Below the pieces are notes generated by a model that saw only the letters and a list, made by a program, of their open reading frames with translations, made no database searches and was not told where the DNA came from. DNA of 64,000 bases from the human T2T-CHM13v2.0 reference genome, Homo sapiens: the NCBI RefSeq assembly GCF_009914755.1, contig NC_060929.1, one strand, 5' to 3'. A program made the translations under genes and the position numbers. This document shows, one piece after another, positions 31,022 through 47,268 of the stretch; positions within the stretch are counted from its first letter, which is position 1; the number at the start of each line of letters is the position of its first letter.

Positions 31022-31262
31022 GAGGCAGTGTAGGACAGTGGTTAACAGCTCCAGTGCTGGAGACAGAACCCCAGAGCTGGAATCTCCTACCGCTGAGATG
31101 GGTGTGGCCTTGGGCAAGTTACTTAATCTCTCCGTGCCTCAGTTACCTCATCATTAAAATGAGAATAATATTAATATCTACTTCCCAGGATCGTTGTGAA
31201 GATTAAAAGCTTTTACACAAGAACTGACATCAGTGCCTGGCACCTAAGCACTGATAAATGTC
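31022..31262 (+). mobile_element. MIR
   Basis: ccttgggcaagttacttaatctctccgtgcctcagtt...gttgtgaagattaaa. Confidence 0.8.
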
Positions 31263-31700
31263 TGCCACGGGGTGAGGGGTGGATTTTATTTAGTTCTCGG
31301 TGACCTTGGGGAGACCAATTTCTGATCAGTAGTACGAAGAGAAACTACAAAGAAAGGGAATGAATAAGCGGGTGCGTGGTAAGAACGCAGAGGCAGCCAC
31401 CAGGTATCGATGACCCTTTCGGAGCACGTAAGCAATAAAAGTGAGGAATGAAATAAAGGGTAATCCGAGAGCACAGGGTTAAGTGAACATGCTTTCCGAG
31501 GGGAGATCGTAGCAAGAGGGAAAAGACCACTGGCGAGGAACTCGGGTCGCTAAAACTGTTCTTCAGTCGACGCGGGACTAACTACACTGGGAGCAGGACA
31601 GGTGTAAAGACCCGCTCCTTCCCGTCCCGAGTTCCCCAGGGAGCTCCAAAGAGCGCTCTGTCCGCACCGGGTGAAGTTTGAAACAGCTCTGACTTGAAGG

Positions 31701-31777
31701 GGGAAAGCCCATTTCCCAACGAACCTGGGAAAGCCCATTTCCCAACGAACCTGGGAAAGCCCATTTCCCAAAGAACC
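31701..31777. repeat. 26-bp minisatellite x3 (gggaaagcccatttcccaacgaacct)
   Basis: Units at 31701, 31727 and 31753; one internal mismatch in the third. Confidence 0.97.
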
Positions 31778-31829
31778 AACGATACCTGGGACGACAAAAC
31801 AACAGGCTTTCCTGTTTCCATCTCCGGCA

Positions 31830-32900
31830 CGACCTGTTCCACGGCTCTGTATTCATCAGCCTCCTCCCGGCCAGCAGCAGCCACCAAGACAGGATGCGGC
31901 TCGGGGAGCCGAAGGGACAGCGCCCCAAGTTCATCTGGCCGCGGGAGCAAAAAAAGCGCCCAAAGGGGAAGGAAGGAAACAGAAAGAAAGGGGCTCCGGA
32001 ATTTGGGGGGGTGGCTAGCGAGGCCAGACCCCGGAGCTGGGAAAATGACCTCCGCGTCCAAGGTCGAGCAGGTCCTTCTCCCTCCCAGTCCCGCCGGCGA
32101 GCACCTCTGCCCCTCCCGCTCCGCTCCGCAGGGCCAGCGCCGCGCGGGACCCCAGTCCAGGCTCCGCTCCGCAGCGCGCCCACCGGGCCCGACCTTCCCT
32201 TCGGGATGCTGCCGGGTGGGGGCTCCCGAGAAGGCGCAGGTGAGCGCCGCGGCCCCGCGCTCCGGCGAAAAGGGCCTCGGTCCTCCCCACGCGCAGGCAG
32301 CGGGGACAGAACTTCCCAAGCGCCTCCCGAGCCCAGGGAGGGCCTGGCCCCGCTCCCGGGGCCCCCGCACCCGGGTCCCACTTCTCGCGCGCCGCGCCCA
32401 AGTTCCTCCATCCGGCCACTCCCGACGCCGTTCCCCTCGGCTCTGCCTCCCTCCCCAGTCTCTTCTCCTCCGCGCGCCGGGAAAGTTTGGCCCCTGCCCG
32501 CCGGCCTGGAACCCCGCACTCACCGCACAGGGAGCGGAGCCGAAGCGCCGGGCGCGCGCGGGAGAGAGGGCGGCGACTGGCAGCGCGAGCGCGGAGCTCC
32601 TCACAGCGGCCCCTGCTGTCCCGGCCGCCGACTGGGTTGGAAAGGGGAGGAGGCCGCCGGGTGTCACCTGCCCGCTATCCCACCCAGCCGCGTGACGCGC
32701 GCAGCGCCGCCCCCTGCCCGCCGCCGCCAGGTGCCCGCCGAGGGCCGGAGGGAGGAGCCGGGGCGGCGCGAGGGGGAGCGGCCGGGAGGGCGGAGGCCGC
32801 CCCGGCCTCGCCTCCGCCGCGCGCCCTGACTCTCGGGACTGGGGCCCACCGGCCGCTCTGGGTTAGCGGGGCTGGTCGTGGCACCGATGACCTTTCTTTC
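31830..32900. promoter_or_regulatory. ELOVL7: CpG island promoter (ELOVL7)
   Basis: Very high GC and CpG density against an AT-rich background; GC boxes (GGGCGG at ~32568, ~32762, ~32788), E-boxes CACCTG/CAGGTG (~32666, ~32728), AP-1 TGACTCA just outside at 32971-32977. Gene identity by synteny with the ERCC8 3' end. Confidence 0.88.
32524..32640 (-). other. ELOVL7: Non-coding exon 1 (5'UTR) of ELOVL7; TSS position approximate
   Basis: Consensus minus-strand donor GCG|GTGAGT at 32524/32523 inside the CpG island; no ATG in the exon; ELOVL7 is known to lie downstream of ERCC8 on the same strand with untranslated leading exons. Confidence 0.72.
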
Positions 32901-33829
32901 CGAGAGCAGATGCCATCACTTGGGGGACATCTCCAGGCTGACATAGCAGAGTGGAAATTGTCGTCATGCGTGACTCATTTGGGAATGAGCTGTAGAAAAA
33001 TCCGAAATGAGGAAAACCTAGCTGAGGCTGGAGGCGGAGAAAAAGGGGACTCCTTGCTTCTGAAAGGGTATTGGGAGGGTTAATTCGCATCTGAAATGGA
33101 AGCCAGACCAAGAGGAGAAGGCCCTGGGAGGGGAAGGCCGACTTGGTTCAGCTCCATCCCCTGCTTATAAGGAATAAGAAACTAGAGAATTGAGGCAGCC
33201 TGGGGGGCATGGGGAGAGGACTTTTAGAGCAATGAAGATTAGATTGTATATCATCTAACTTTGTTTCTGGTAACAGCAACTGCTGCAGGAAAAAAAGTCT
33301 AGAAAATTCATTTCTCGTTACCTACTGTTGGATTGGAAAGTGGGGGTGGGGATGAGCGTTCGGAGTGTGCACCTGCGCTTGGTTTATTTATTTTTTAAAC
33401 GTACCTGGCCTTGTGTCTGGTAATGATCCTCCTAATCGCTGGTATGATTTGGATCATCAATAGCTGAAAGGCAAAATAGGGGCCTAGAGAAGTTCCCTGC
33501 TTCTGAGGCAAAACCAAAGGCTGGTGTTGAACTGTCCAGAAACCTAAAAAACAATAATCATTTTTAGTTGCAGTCCTGACCCAACCACCTCACAAATGTG
33601 GGCTTTGAGTTTGTATTGCGAGTTCTCAGCATGGAATCAAGAAACACAAAAAGGGGCTGGGAGCGTCAGGACCACCAGAGAGGATGGGTAGGGAGAAAAA
33701 AAAAATTGGGGTGTCGGAAGCATATTTTCCTCACATGTAGGGATTGCCTTCGGCAGCTTAATCCCACTACATTAAACAAGAGGTTTTAATGTTTTTATGT
33801 AAAACTTCGAAAGTGTCCATTGAAAGAAA

Positions 33830-33832
<3 letters not shown>

Positions 33833-33864
<32 letters not shown>
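33833..33864. repeat. A32 mononucleotide tract not attached to a recognisable retroelement
   Basis: 32 consecutive A. Confidence 0.95.
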
Positions 33865-33867
<3 letters not shown>

Positions 33868-34077
33868 TAAATTGCAAAGAATCTCGAAGTCAAAAAAACT
33901 AAAGATTTCTCCTTTCTTTTAGATAACTTTGCTTTCATATTAAAAACAGATCATTTAGTAGACTTAGGAAGTCTTTTGGGAACGGGAGACAATTGCCTAA
34001 TGATACTAGCCTTTGAGTCTATCACAATTTACCATTTATATATACTTATGAAATTTCAAATATGCAGAAGCTCAAAT

Positions 34078-35460
<1,383 letters not shown>

Positions 35461-35795
35461 GATTATCCCTCCTTTCCCCATTTGCTAAATTCTCACACAC
35501 GGGGTTCTGTGTTTAGGCTCTTGATTCCATTCCACTGTCTATGTGTCCTGCCTTATATTTTCTTTTACTTTTACTATTTTATGTAAATGTGAAAAGAAGC
35601 TTTCTTTCTTGTTTTCAATGAAAAGCTATGGCAGGATTTTTATTTTAATTGTCTTAAAGTTATTTAGGGATAACCTGTCATCTTTATGATATTGAGGTGA
35701 CCCATCCATGAACATATATCTCCATAGTTGGTCTTTCACATATTTTATTATGCTTATTCTTAGGAACCTTATAATTATTGCCACTACTATCAACG

Positions 35796-36086
35796 TTTTT
35801 TTTTTTTAAGACAGGGTCTCACTCTGTTGCCCAGGCTACAGTGCAGTGACACAATCATAGCTCACTGCAGCCTTGAACTTCTGGGCTCAAGCGATCTTCC
35901 AGCCTCAGCATCAGAGAAGCTAGGACTACAGGCATGCACCACCATGGGGGGCTAATTTTTTAATTTTTTGTAGAGACGGGATCTTGCTATGTTTCCCAGA
36001 CTGGTCTCAAACTCCTGGTCTCAAGAACCTCCTTCTTCAGCCTCCCAAAGTGCTGGGATTACAGGTGTAAACCACCGTGCCTGGCC
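35796..36086 (-). mobile_element. Alu (J-type)
   Basis: Antisense dimer. Confidence 0.9.
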
Positions 36087-38092
36087 TGGTATATGTATTT
36101 TTAAATTACATTTTCTAAATGTAAATATAAGAACGCTAATTTTTGTTTAATGGTTGTAAATCCTTTGTCTTTACTAAATTATTAGTAATTTGTAGAGTGC
36201 CTCTGGTATTCTCTTGAGGCAACGATAACCCTTGTGAATAATTACAATTTTTTTCACTATATTTTATTCTTTAAGAGAAAATTGAACCCTGTCAACTTCT
36301 TACTCTATGTCAGTATCATATGGATTTAACTTTTACCAGTGATTCTTATACTTTACTGAGAGTCACAATGCTTGGGATGTTATGCAAGTTCCTGAAAATT
36401 ATTTTGAGATGCTGATTTAGTGAGTCTGGAGAGTGGGCCAAGGAATGTGCATCTTAACACACGCTCTTAACTGATTCTGTTAAGAGTTGCTGAGACACCT
36501 TACATGTGACCTATCTTTTCTGATACTTATCATTGCCTCCCCAGCTGTGCTATAAGCCCTAAAGGGAAGATATTTTATCTACTCTCTCTTTATATCTGTG
36601 GTGCCTAGGATATTAGCCTACAAACAGTGGGTGCTAAATAAATATGTAGATGGCAAAAAGAAATTTAGAAAAGTTGTGGAATGTACTTTTGTGAGTTTCA
36701 TATTTAAATGCTTTAAAATGTTTTCCTATTTTTTTATATAGATTTCATAATGATAACTCTGAGAGATAATGATAACTCTGATATCATCAGAGGAAGAACA
36801 TAATTGCAATATGATAGGTTCATTGAGTAAATGACTATCAACCATTCCCACATCTTGTTTCTTTACCACAAGGTATCTGTAGCCTGCCAGACTTAAAGGC
36901 TTCATCCTTTTAATTTTTTTTGGCATTGAAATGCAAACTATGAGTTTCAGAAAAATCATTTTCTTTCTGGTAATCCTGTTCACATATCTAAGATATATGT
37001 AAAATTAATATCTCCAAGACAATGTGAGATACAGAATGAGAACATCCCTCAAGTTATTATAACAATCAATATAATTATTTTCCTGTAAACCTCAGTTATT
37101 TGAAAATACTCATGATTTTTGACTGTGAAGAATTGCCACTTATTATGATCATGAAATTAACTTTGATCTGACTTCAAATATTATAAAAATGCTTTCTGTG
37201 CCAACTATATTATCTGAATGTTTATTCAATCAGTTTATCTTGATATCACAGTTTTGTGAAGGCCAAATCTAACATAATAGTATCTAGTTAAAATTCTCAT
37301 GTCCTACATTTCATAATAATAAACTGCTCTTCAAAGAGATAAAACTACTATCATAATTTACATTTTATTGCATGGGTAAATAATATACCATCAGGAAAAA
37401 CTATTTTAGAAATTTAATGGAAACAATAAACAAGAAAACATAAAAAATATTTACACTTTAAAACTCCATTTAACTCTCATGAGTTTTGGGACTTTGTACT
37501 AGACACTATATGTTATTTATACTGCATGTTACTCATAACTTTTTTGTGCTCTGTGTTACTCTAAGTTTTATGTAATAATAGTTAACTGATGTCTAATGTA
37601 CCTCATAGGTTTACATAACAATTTATCAAATGGAGGCTCTGTTTTCCTGGAGGAGTTTCATTTATGCTAGGGTGGTGTTTCCCAAATTAGCCTGATTTTA
37701 ATAATCACTGAGGATAAATGCTAAAAAACACAAATTTTGAGGCCCCTCCAGTACAAGGCCAGCCATACTTTGGATGGCAATGAAATAACCAATGAAAAGA
37801 ATTTCAATGAGTTTTATCTGTGTCTTTTAACATTGTATATTTTATTTTTATTCCCTGGATATGCCTGCTTTTGGAGAGATAGCCTGTATACTTTATTATC
37901 AATCCTGGATGATTACTTTCTTGGATAATCATTACATTTTTAGTGTAGTGATTGAAAGGCTTATCAATTTGGGGTAAGAAAAAAACAAAGAATACTTTTA
38001 TTAATAGGCTATCACATTTTAGAAGATTTTATAAAAACATTAGGATTTACATATTAGATTTTACATATTCTATGATACTCTGTTAAAAAAAA

Positions 38093-38258
38093 TTTTTTTT
38101 AGGGATGGAGTCTCACTATGTTGCCCAGGCTGGAGTGTAGCAGCTATTCACAGATGCAATCATAGTGCACCACAACCTCAAATTCCTGGGCTCAAACAAT
38201 CCTCCTGCCTCAGCCTCCTGAGTATCTGGGACTAGAGGCATGTGCCGTCATGCCCAGC
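38093..38258 (-). mobile_element. Alu monomer (FAM/FRAM-like)
   Basis: ggagtctcactatgttgcccaggctggag...gctattcacag...catgcccagc. Confidence 0.8.
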
Positions 38259-38301
38259 TCTTAAATTTTTTATAGGTTTTGAATATTTCCAAAAGACTTC
38301 T

Positions 38302-38981
<680 letters not shown>

Positions 38982-39052
38982 ATGCTATCCTAATAAAATT
39001 GTGGTAAGCAAAACGAGGCACTGGGGATTACACACACACACACATATATATA

Positions 39053-39353
39053 ATTTATTTTTTTTAAGATGGGAGTCTTGCCCCATCACCCAGGCTGTAG
39101 TGGAGTGGCGCAATCTTGGCTCATTGCAACCTCAACCTCCACCTCCCAGGTTCAGGCAATTATCCCACCTCAGCCTCCGAGTAGCTGGGATTACAGGCGC
39201 CCACCACCATGCTCGGCTAATTTTTGTATTTTTAGTAGAGACGGGGTTTTGCCATGTTGGCCATGCTGGTCTTGAACTCCTGACATCAGATGACCTACCT
39301 GCCTTGGCCTCCCAAAGTGCTGGGATTACAGGCATGAGCCACCGAGCCTGACC
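39053..39353 (-). mobile_element. Alu
   Basis: Antisense dimer preceded by (CA)n(TA)n. Confidence 0.9.
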
Positions 39354-39669
39354 TAGGGGATTATATTTATTAGACAATATTTGTGAACCTTGGGTGCATA
39401 CAAAAATATCAAATTAGTCAAATTATTTTTACTTGTCCAAGGAACATAGTCTTTGATTGAAATGTACATTTTAAACTGTTATTAGAATGTTTTTATTTTA
39501 CAGTTTAAGGTATGTTTTCAAAATGATTTATCATGGTATAATCTGTAGTCAGTTAATCAGTGTTTACTGTAGTCAGTCAATCAATGTTTACTTTTGGCAT
39601 AAATGACAGTGGAGGCCAGCTTTTAAAATCAGACTGAGTAGAGATGAGCATATATGTGTTAGTGACTGA

Positions 39670-39969
<300 letters not shown>

Positions 39970-40395
39970 TGACTGACTTCCTAAGTGAAGAAAAGAAATT
40001 GTGAATTGCTTTATATTACTCATGTTTCTTTTTCTTTGGCATAGATCATCAAGACCTGACCCTGCAAATGGATGTGATTTAAAAAATGGTATCTTTTATC
40101 TCTGTTGTTCTTGGTTTTATATATCCATTTAATGCATTTAAAATGAGTTCCCTATCTATTTTTAAGCAATTGTGCAGATAAAGCATTCTAAGAAATGAGA
40201 GTGAAGGAGCTGTGACATATCCCCCAAAGCAAAGTTTGTGAGTCATTTAGTTACAGCTCATTTGTTTCAGCTGTTTTTTTCTAGATTAGCATGAGGAAAA
40301 ATTAGACTTGTTCAGAAAGCTTAAGAAAATAGTTATTGTAAGGGAAAACAGTGATGGGCATAGAAATGGCCAGATTCTTTTCTATATTCTATCCT

Positions 40396-40650
40396 ATTTT
40401 TAAGAGACAGGGTCTTGCTCTGTCGTCCAGTCTAGAGGGCAGTGCAGTAGTCATAGCTCACTGCAACCTCAAACTCCTGGGCTCAGGTGATCCTCAGGCG
40501 AGTAGCTGAGACTACAGGTATGAGGGTATGAGCCACCACACCAACTTGTTGTTGTTGTTGTTTTTGTTGCTTTTAGATAGGGTCTTGCTCTGACACCCAA
40601 GCTGCAGTGCAGTGGTATGATCTTAGCTCGTTGCAACCTCTGCCTCCTGA
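40396..40650 (-). mobile_element. Two partial Alu right arms
   Basis: agggtcttgctctg twice, separated by (TTG)n. Confidence 0.75.
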
Positions 40651-40689
40651 GTAGAAATGAAAAGCATGCCCACTCACAGCTATAGCAGA

Positions 40690-41060
40690 TGATGGCTAGC
40701 TATTCACTAGATTTGTTTCCTCTTTCTCCTGGGCACGCAGCTGGATTATATCTCCCAGTCTTCCTTACAGTTTAGCAGTGGCCATGAAAGTGAATTCTGG
40801 CCAATGGAATTCGAGCAAAGTGTTGCTTGTCCCTTCCAGGCCTGGCTCATTCACATTTAACAGGTGAAATCCTGTGTGTTCTTTCTCCTGCATCACCCTG
40901 AAGGAAGCCTTATATGCTGAATGTGGTGGAGCCACAAGATGGAAGGGATTCTGTGTTCTCAAATTACCCTGTGGAGGGGAAGGATCTTCTAGGAATTATA
41001 AACAAATTTATAGTGCATTAAGCCTCTGAAACTTTGTAGTTAATCTGTTACAACTGTTAG
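40690..41060 (+). mobile_element. Old MLT1 (J-like) LTR fragment
   Basis: gaattctggccaatggaat, ggagccacaagatggaagg motifs. Confidence 0.6.
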
Positions 41061-41234
41061 CCTGCCTCAAGTGATAAAATACTCAGAGAAGATAGTACTC
41101 AGAGAAGGATTTACAGTTTCACCCTGCAGAAAGCAGGAAATGGTTAGCTCTTCCTTTGGCCTTTCCTTGATATTTTGCTAGGTAAGGGCGGACAACCTCT
41201 TGATATTCTTCCTTAATGGACTAGTTTTCCTAAC

Positions 41235-43720
41235 TTTACCTTATTACAGTAGCCTCTTAACTAGCTCCCTGCTTCTGTTGTTGTCCTCTGCCCTTAGAGT
41301 TTATTATCAAAACAATGACCAGACTGACCTCAGGACGTTCTGCTAAATCCTCCAAGCTTTCCATTTGTTTGAAAAATAAGCCAAAGTCTTTTCAATGACC
41401 TACAAGAGCCTTTGTGATCTGCCACCTCTCCCTATTACCTTTTATCCTTATCTCCTTTACTCTCCCTTTCTGCTCAGACAGATACACCCACACAGATTTC
41501 CTTGCTATCTCTTGGACCCGGCAGGCATGCTTTAGCCTCAGGGCTTCTGTGCTTGTTCCCTCTGCCTAGAATGCTCTTCTCCCAGATACCCACATGACTT
41601 GCTCTTTTAAATCCTCCCGATGTTTGCTCAGAGAGGCATTTTCTGAGCATGCTATTTAAAACTAAAACTCCTCACATTCTCTATTCCTCTCTTCTACATT
41701 ATTTTTCTACGTAGCACTTATCACCTAACATACTATACACATTTCCTCTGAAATATTGTTTATTGTCTGCCCCTCTCCACACCCCAATTAAAATGAAAGC
41801 TTCATGAGAATTTTTGACCTTTTTTTTAAAAACAGTTGCCCATCTAGAGTAGCACTTGGCAAACAATAATACATTTTTTAAAAAATAATTAAATGCTATT
41901 ATATAGATAAGCAAAGTATGCCAAAGGAACACTAAAGAGAAACTCCTAATTCAAACTGGTTCTGGCAGGGAAGAACTTTCTGGAGAAATTTGCTCCTCTG
42001 CCAGGACTAAGGGGTGATGTAGTTGTTGCGAGCATGAGACAGTGGTCACGTCTTAGTCCTCATCTTAGCTGACCTATCATCATCATTTGACACAGTTGAT
42101 TACGGTTTTCTTGAAATGCTGCCTTCACTTGACATCAGGGATACCACACTTGCCTGGCTCTTCTCCTTTTTCTGGAAATTCTTTTTCAGGTTCTTCACCA
42201 ATTTTTCCCTCATCTTCCACCCCTAAATTTTGGAGTGCTCCAAGGTTCTGTTCTTAGCTGTCTTCTCTCATCTATCTGCACTCATACTTCACGTGATCTG
42301 AGTAAGAAAAGGCTTAAATGCCATCTCTATAGTCATGATTCCCAAATGTGTTTTCTAGACTGTATCTTTTTCTTGAATTCCAGATTTGTATATCTGAGTG
42401 CCCACTGGGCCTCACCATTTGATTAATAATTTGTATCTCAAACTTAAATGTCCAAAACAGAGCCACTGATATTTCCCCTTTTTGTAGTCTTCTCTACCTC
42501 ATTCAATGGCAACTCTATTCTTTTGGTTGCTCAGGCCAAAATCCTTGGAGTCATCTTTGACTCTTCTCTTCCTCTCTGCCAACTCTTCAAAATATATCTA
42601 AAACCACTTCCCACCATCTCCACTGCCATCATGTTGGTACCGCCACCGTCATCTCTTGCTTGGAATATTTCAATAGCCTCTTAACTGATTTCTTTGATTC
42701 TGCTTATTGTTCCCTTAGTCTCTTTGGGCTGCTATAACAAAATATACTAAGCTGGGTGGCTTCTAAACAACAGAAATTGATTTCTTACAGTTCTGGAGGC
42801 TGAGAAGTCCAAGATCAAGACACTAGCAGATTTGGTGCCTGGTCAGGACTAGTTAGCTGTATGGTTCATAGTGGTGCCTTCTTGCTGTGTCTTCATGTGG
42901 TGGAAGGGGAAAAGGCAGCACTCCGTTCTCATGACATTATCACCTCCTAAAGTCCCTACCTCCTAATACCTTGGTGATTAGGTTTCAACATATGGATTTA
43001 GGGGAGACACAAACAATCAGACCATAGCACTTCCCTTCAGCCAATCCCCACTCTGACACCAGAGTTCCCCTGTTAACACCAAAGTCAGATTATGTCTCTC
43101 CTTTGCTCAAAACCTTCCAATGGCTTCCTATCAGCCCTATAGGTACCTACAAGGCCCTTCTTGACCTGAGATAATCTGTAACCACTATCCCCCTAATTAT
43201 CCTTCTCCATTCAGCTTTCTTGCTGATCCTTGGACATGCCATTGTGCTCTTATCTCAAAGGGCCTTTATACTTGATACTCCCTTTGTCTGGAATGTTCTT
43301 TTCTGAGATATCTACATGGGTAAGTCCCTCACTTCCTTGAGGTCATTACTCAAAATTCACCTTTCTCAATGAAGCTTTTCCTGGATACCCCATCTAAAAT
43401 TTTAATGCTATTCCCTCCTCCCACTTCCCATTCCTTTTCTCTGCCTTTTTTTCCTCCTTTGTAGTTTCAATAATATACCTTATTTTACACATTTACATTG
43501 TCTTTTTCCTCCACTTCAGTATAATAAGGCCATATGTGCTCAGTTTTTCAAGCCTGCGTCTTTCTTATATTATGCCTATTTCTGCAGTCACAACTTTAAA
43601 TTCATGCTAATAAACATCCACTCTCGAGGGGAATGTTTGAGCATAGGTAAGGATTTGGTCTGTTTTATTCACTGGCACTTAGTTGGAGCTCAACTTGTGA
43701 ATGAATGATTCAATAGATGA
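41235..43720 (+). mobile_element. L2 fragments with an inserted antisense MaLR LTR (~42709-43029)
   Basis: tcagctgacctatca...catttgacacagttgat, ccttggagtcatctttgactc, ends gaatgaatga; LTR gctgctataacaaaat...cagaccatagca. Confidence 0.72.
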
Positions 43721-43964
43721 ATTTGAGCTGGTAAAACTGTTTCCTTAGTGAGTAAGGGTCTTTCCACCCCTAAGATTTATTGGATTTATGAGTTGTTTAG
43801 GCTATGAAAATTTTTTGAATTGCTTGTCAACATCTGAAAATTTCACAGTTTCATATAAAAATATGAATTTTTCATTTCTCTTTGAATAATGAGCATTTCT
43901 AGCTACAACAGGCCCACATTCCCACATGGTGTAAGTTAGCTGGAGCTGAGTAGTCAAATACCAT

Positions 43965-44400
43965 AGACTGTTGATTACTCCCCAGTCTCTGTTTTCTTTT
44001 TTGGGAATAGTAATGGAACTCCCAGGTTTTCACTGAGGACATGGCCACCTGGAATAAAGATAGCTTCCTTTTCAGTTAGCTGTGACCAGGAGTTCTGGCC
44101 AATAGGATGTCAGTGAAAATGGTGTGTGAAACCTCTGGGAAGTGTTCCCAAAGCGAGGGAGCATGTCTTCTTCCTTCTTCTCTTTCTTGTGGGGTTGGAA
44201 TGTGGATATAATGATTAAAGCAATCACCTTGTACCACAAGGAGGAAGCTGTTGAGAGAGGGTGCAAGAGTCATCTGATAGAAAGAGCCTAGGTTCCTGAT
44301 GATCTTGGAACCAGCATACCAACTGAGGACTACTTTCCTGGATTTTATCAAAATAAACTTATATTCTATTGTACCTATGTTATTTTGGGTTTTCAGATAA
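43965..44400 (+). mobile_element. Old MLT1 LTR
   Basis: gagttctggccaataggatgt...aaagagcctaggttcctgatga...aaataaactt. Confidence 0.6.
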
Positions 44401-45149
44401 ACCTACTTCTAATTCATGAGAGCCATTGCCATTGGGCAAGTGTTCTTAAGTTTGTCGTAATTCCCACCACTACCTAATGTCTCCCTAACATTGATGGGGA
44501 GCTGCCATTTATCATCACATCACCATACTGTTTTTCTCTTTATTATAAATGGGACAGTGAAAGACTGCATAGCCATGTGTTTCAAAAGAAGAGCACATGT
44601 CCTTGTGGAAGTAGAGATTGTTACTACATGACTAATACTGCACACCAACTATTAATGGACTAATTGCACAATTTAGGAAGTTATTTGGAAACAAAATACA
44701 GTAAGAAATATGACCAGAATAGTAAAGACATGTAATGAGAAACTTAGCTTAATGAAAAACTCAATGAACTGAAAGCAGGGACTAGAATTACAGCACATTT
44801 TTTTTTCATAAAAATACAGTAAGTGGTAATGGTGCAAAATATATTTAATGAAAAAATTTTCTTGGCATGAAAACCTTGTGCCAATGATGGATTTATAAAA
44901 AGGTTGACTGTAGCAAAAATTGTGTCCTGAACAGAAACTAATATTTGCAAATAGAAGTTTAACCAGGTATAATATTTCTTAGTATGGTGACGCTGGGGTG
45001 AAGGGACTTATACAAAGTTTCATGAAAAGGTTAAATTATTTGTAGCTTTTTTTAAGCTAATAAGAGTAGAGATATAAAATATATAAATACCACCCAGGTA
45101 GCTATAGTCATTTGTGGTATCAGAAAGGTTTTAAGTGTTTGAATAACTC

Positions 45150-45447
<298 letters not shown>

Positions 45448-45466
45448 TGAATAACTTTTTAAAAAC

Positions 45467-46205
<739 letters not shown>

Positions 46206-46941
46206 TTGAATAACTTTTGAACATTGTGACAGCAGTGGGTACATCAGGAAATCATTTTTGTGTGTTGAGTGAAGTGCTTATAAACAGGACTGCAGGAGGT
46301 ACTCCAGCAAATCAATGTTAACACTGAACTTGGTTTACAAAATGTAAACCCACAGAGGCAGTTTGCACAAGTCATATGACGTTTGTATCATAATTCAATA
46401 GGAGTAAAGTTTAACTGAAAAAGAAAACATGTCATGAATGCAGTAGCTCATCGTATGAAATGGATGTGCTACCATGGTTTGAACCACAGGAGGCATATCC
46501 ATGCTTTACTTGATAAATTGTGCACAACAGAAGAGGTACGAAACTGAAGAGATATTTTCTTGGATGGTTGTGAGAAATTGGTTTATGTTGTCTAAAGCAA
46601 ATGTTAAAGATTTAGTCAAAGATTGTGCCTTTGGTTGAGATTATATACACTCTATTTCTCTGCAAGTATGTTTATAACGAGTTACACAAATGAGCGTATG
46701 TTCATAACCAGTTACATACACTATTTTTCTGCAACTATGTTCATAACCATTTTATTGATCTAATTTCTAGCCAAACTGTGTCTTTGGGAAGTTCAGCCAG
46801 GAAAAATCTGGCCTTTCATATGCAGAAGTTATTTTCCAGAAATTTAAGTGATGTTTACCCCTTGGGGAGCTAATAACTGAATTCCAAAATAGTTATTTGG
46901 TTTTAAAATTTATAAAAATGAAGAAACTTGGATCGGTTTGC

Positions 46942-47268
46942 CTTTTTTCTTTTTCTTTTTCTTTTTTTTTTTTTTTTAGATGGAGTCTTGCTCTGTTGCC
47001 CTGGCTGGAGTCAGTGGTGCAATCTCAGCTCATTACAACCTCCGCATTCTGGGTTCAAGTGATTCTCCTGCCTCAGCCTCTGAGTAGCTGGGACTAAAGG
47101 TGTGTGCCACCATGCCCAGCTAATTTTTAAAACATTTTTTTATTTTTAGTAGAGATGGAGTTTCACCATGTTGGCCAGACTGGTCTCGAACTCCTGAGCT
47201 CAGGTGATCCACCTGCCTCGGCCTCCCAAAGTGCTGGGATTACAGGCGTGAAACCACCATGCCCGGCC
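46942..47268 (-). mobile_element. Alu
   Basis: Antisense dimer. Confidence 0.9.

Noticed and set aside
31701-31777. Palindromic direct repeats resembling a CRISPR array
   Set aside because: Head-to-tail units with no unique spacers, no cas genes, primate context; it is a minisatellite.
31578-33083. Long overlapping ORFs (198-361 aa) on both strands
   Set aside because: Stop-poor GC-rich CpG island; low-complexity R/G/P/A translations in many frames with no recognisable domain.
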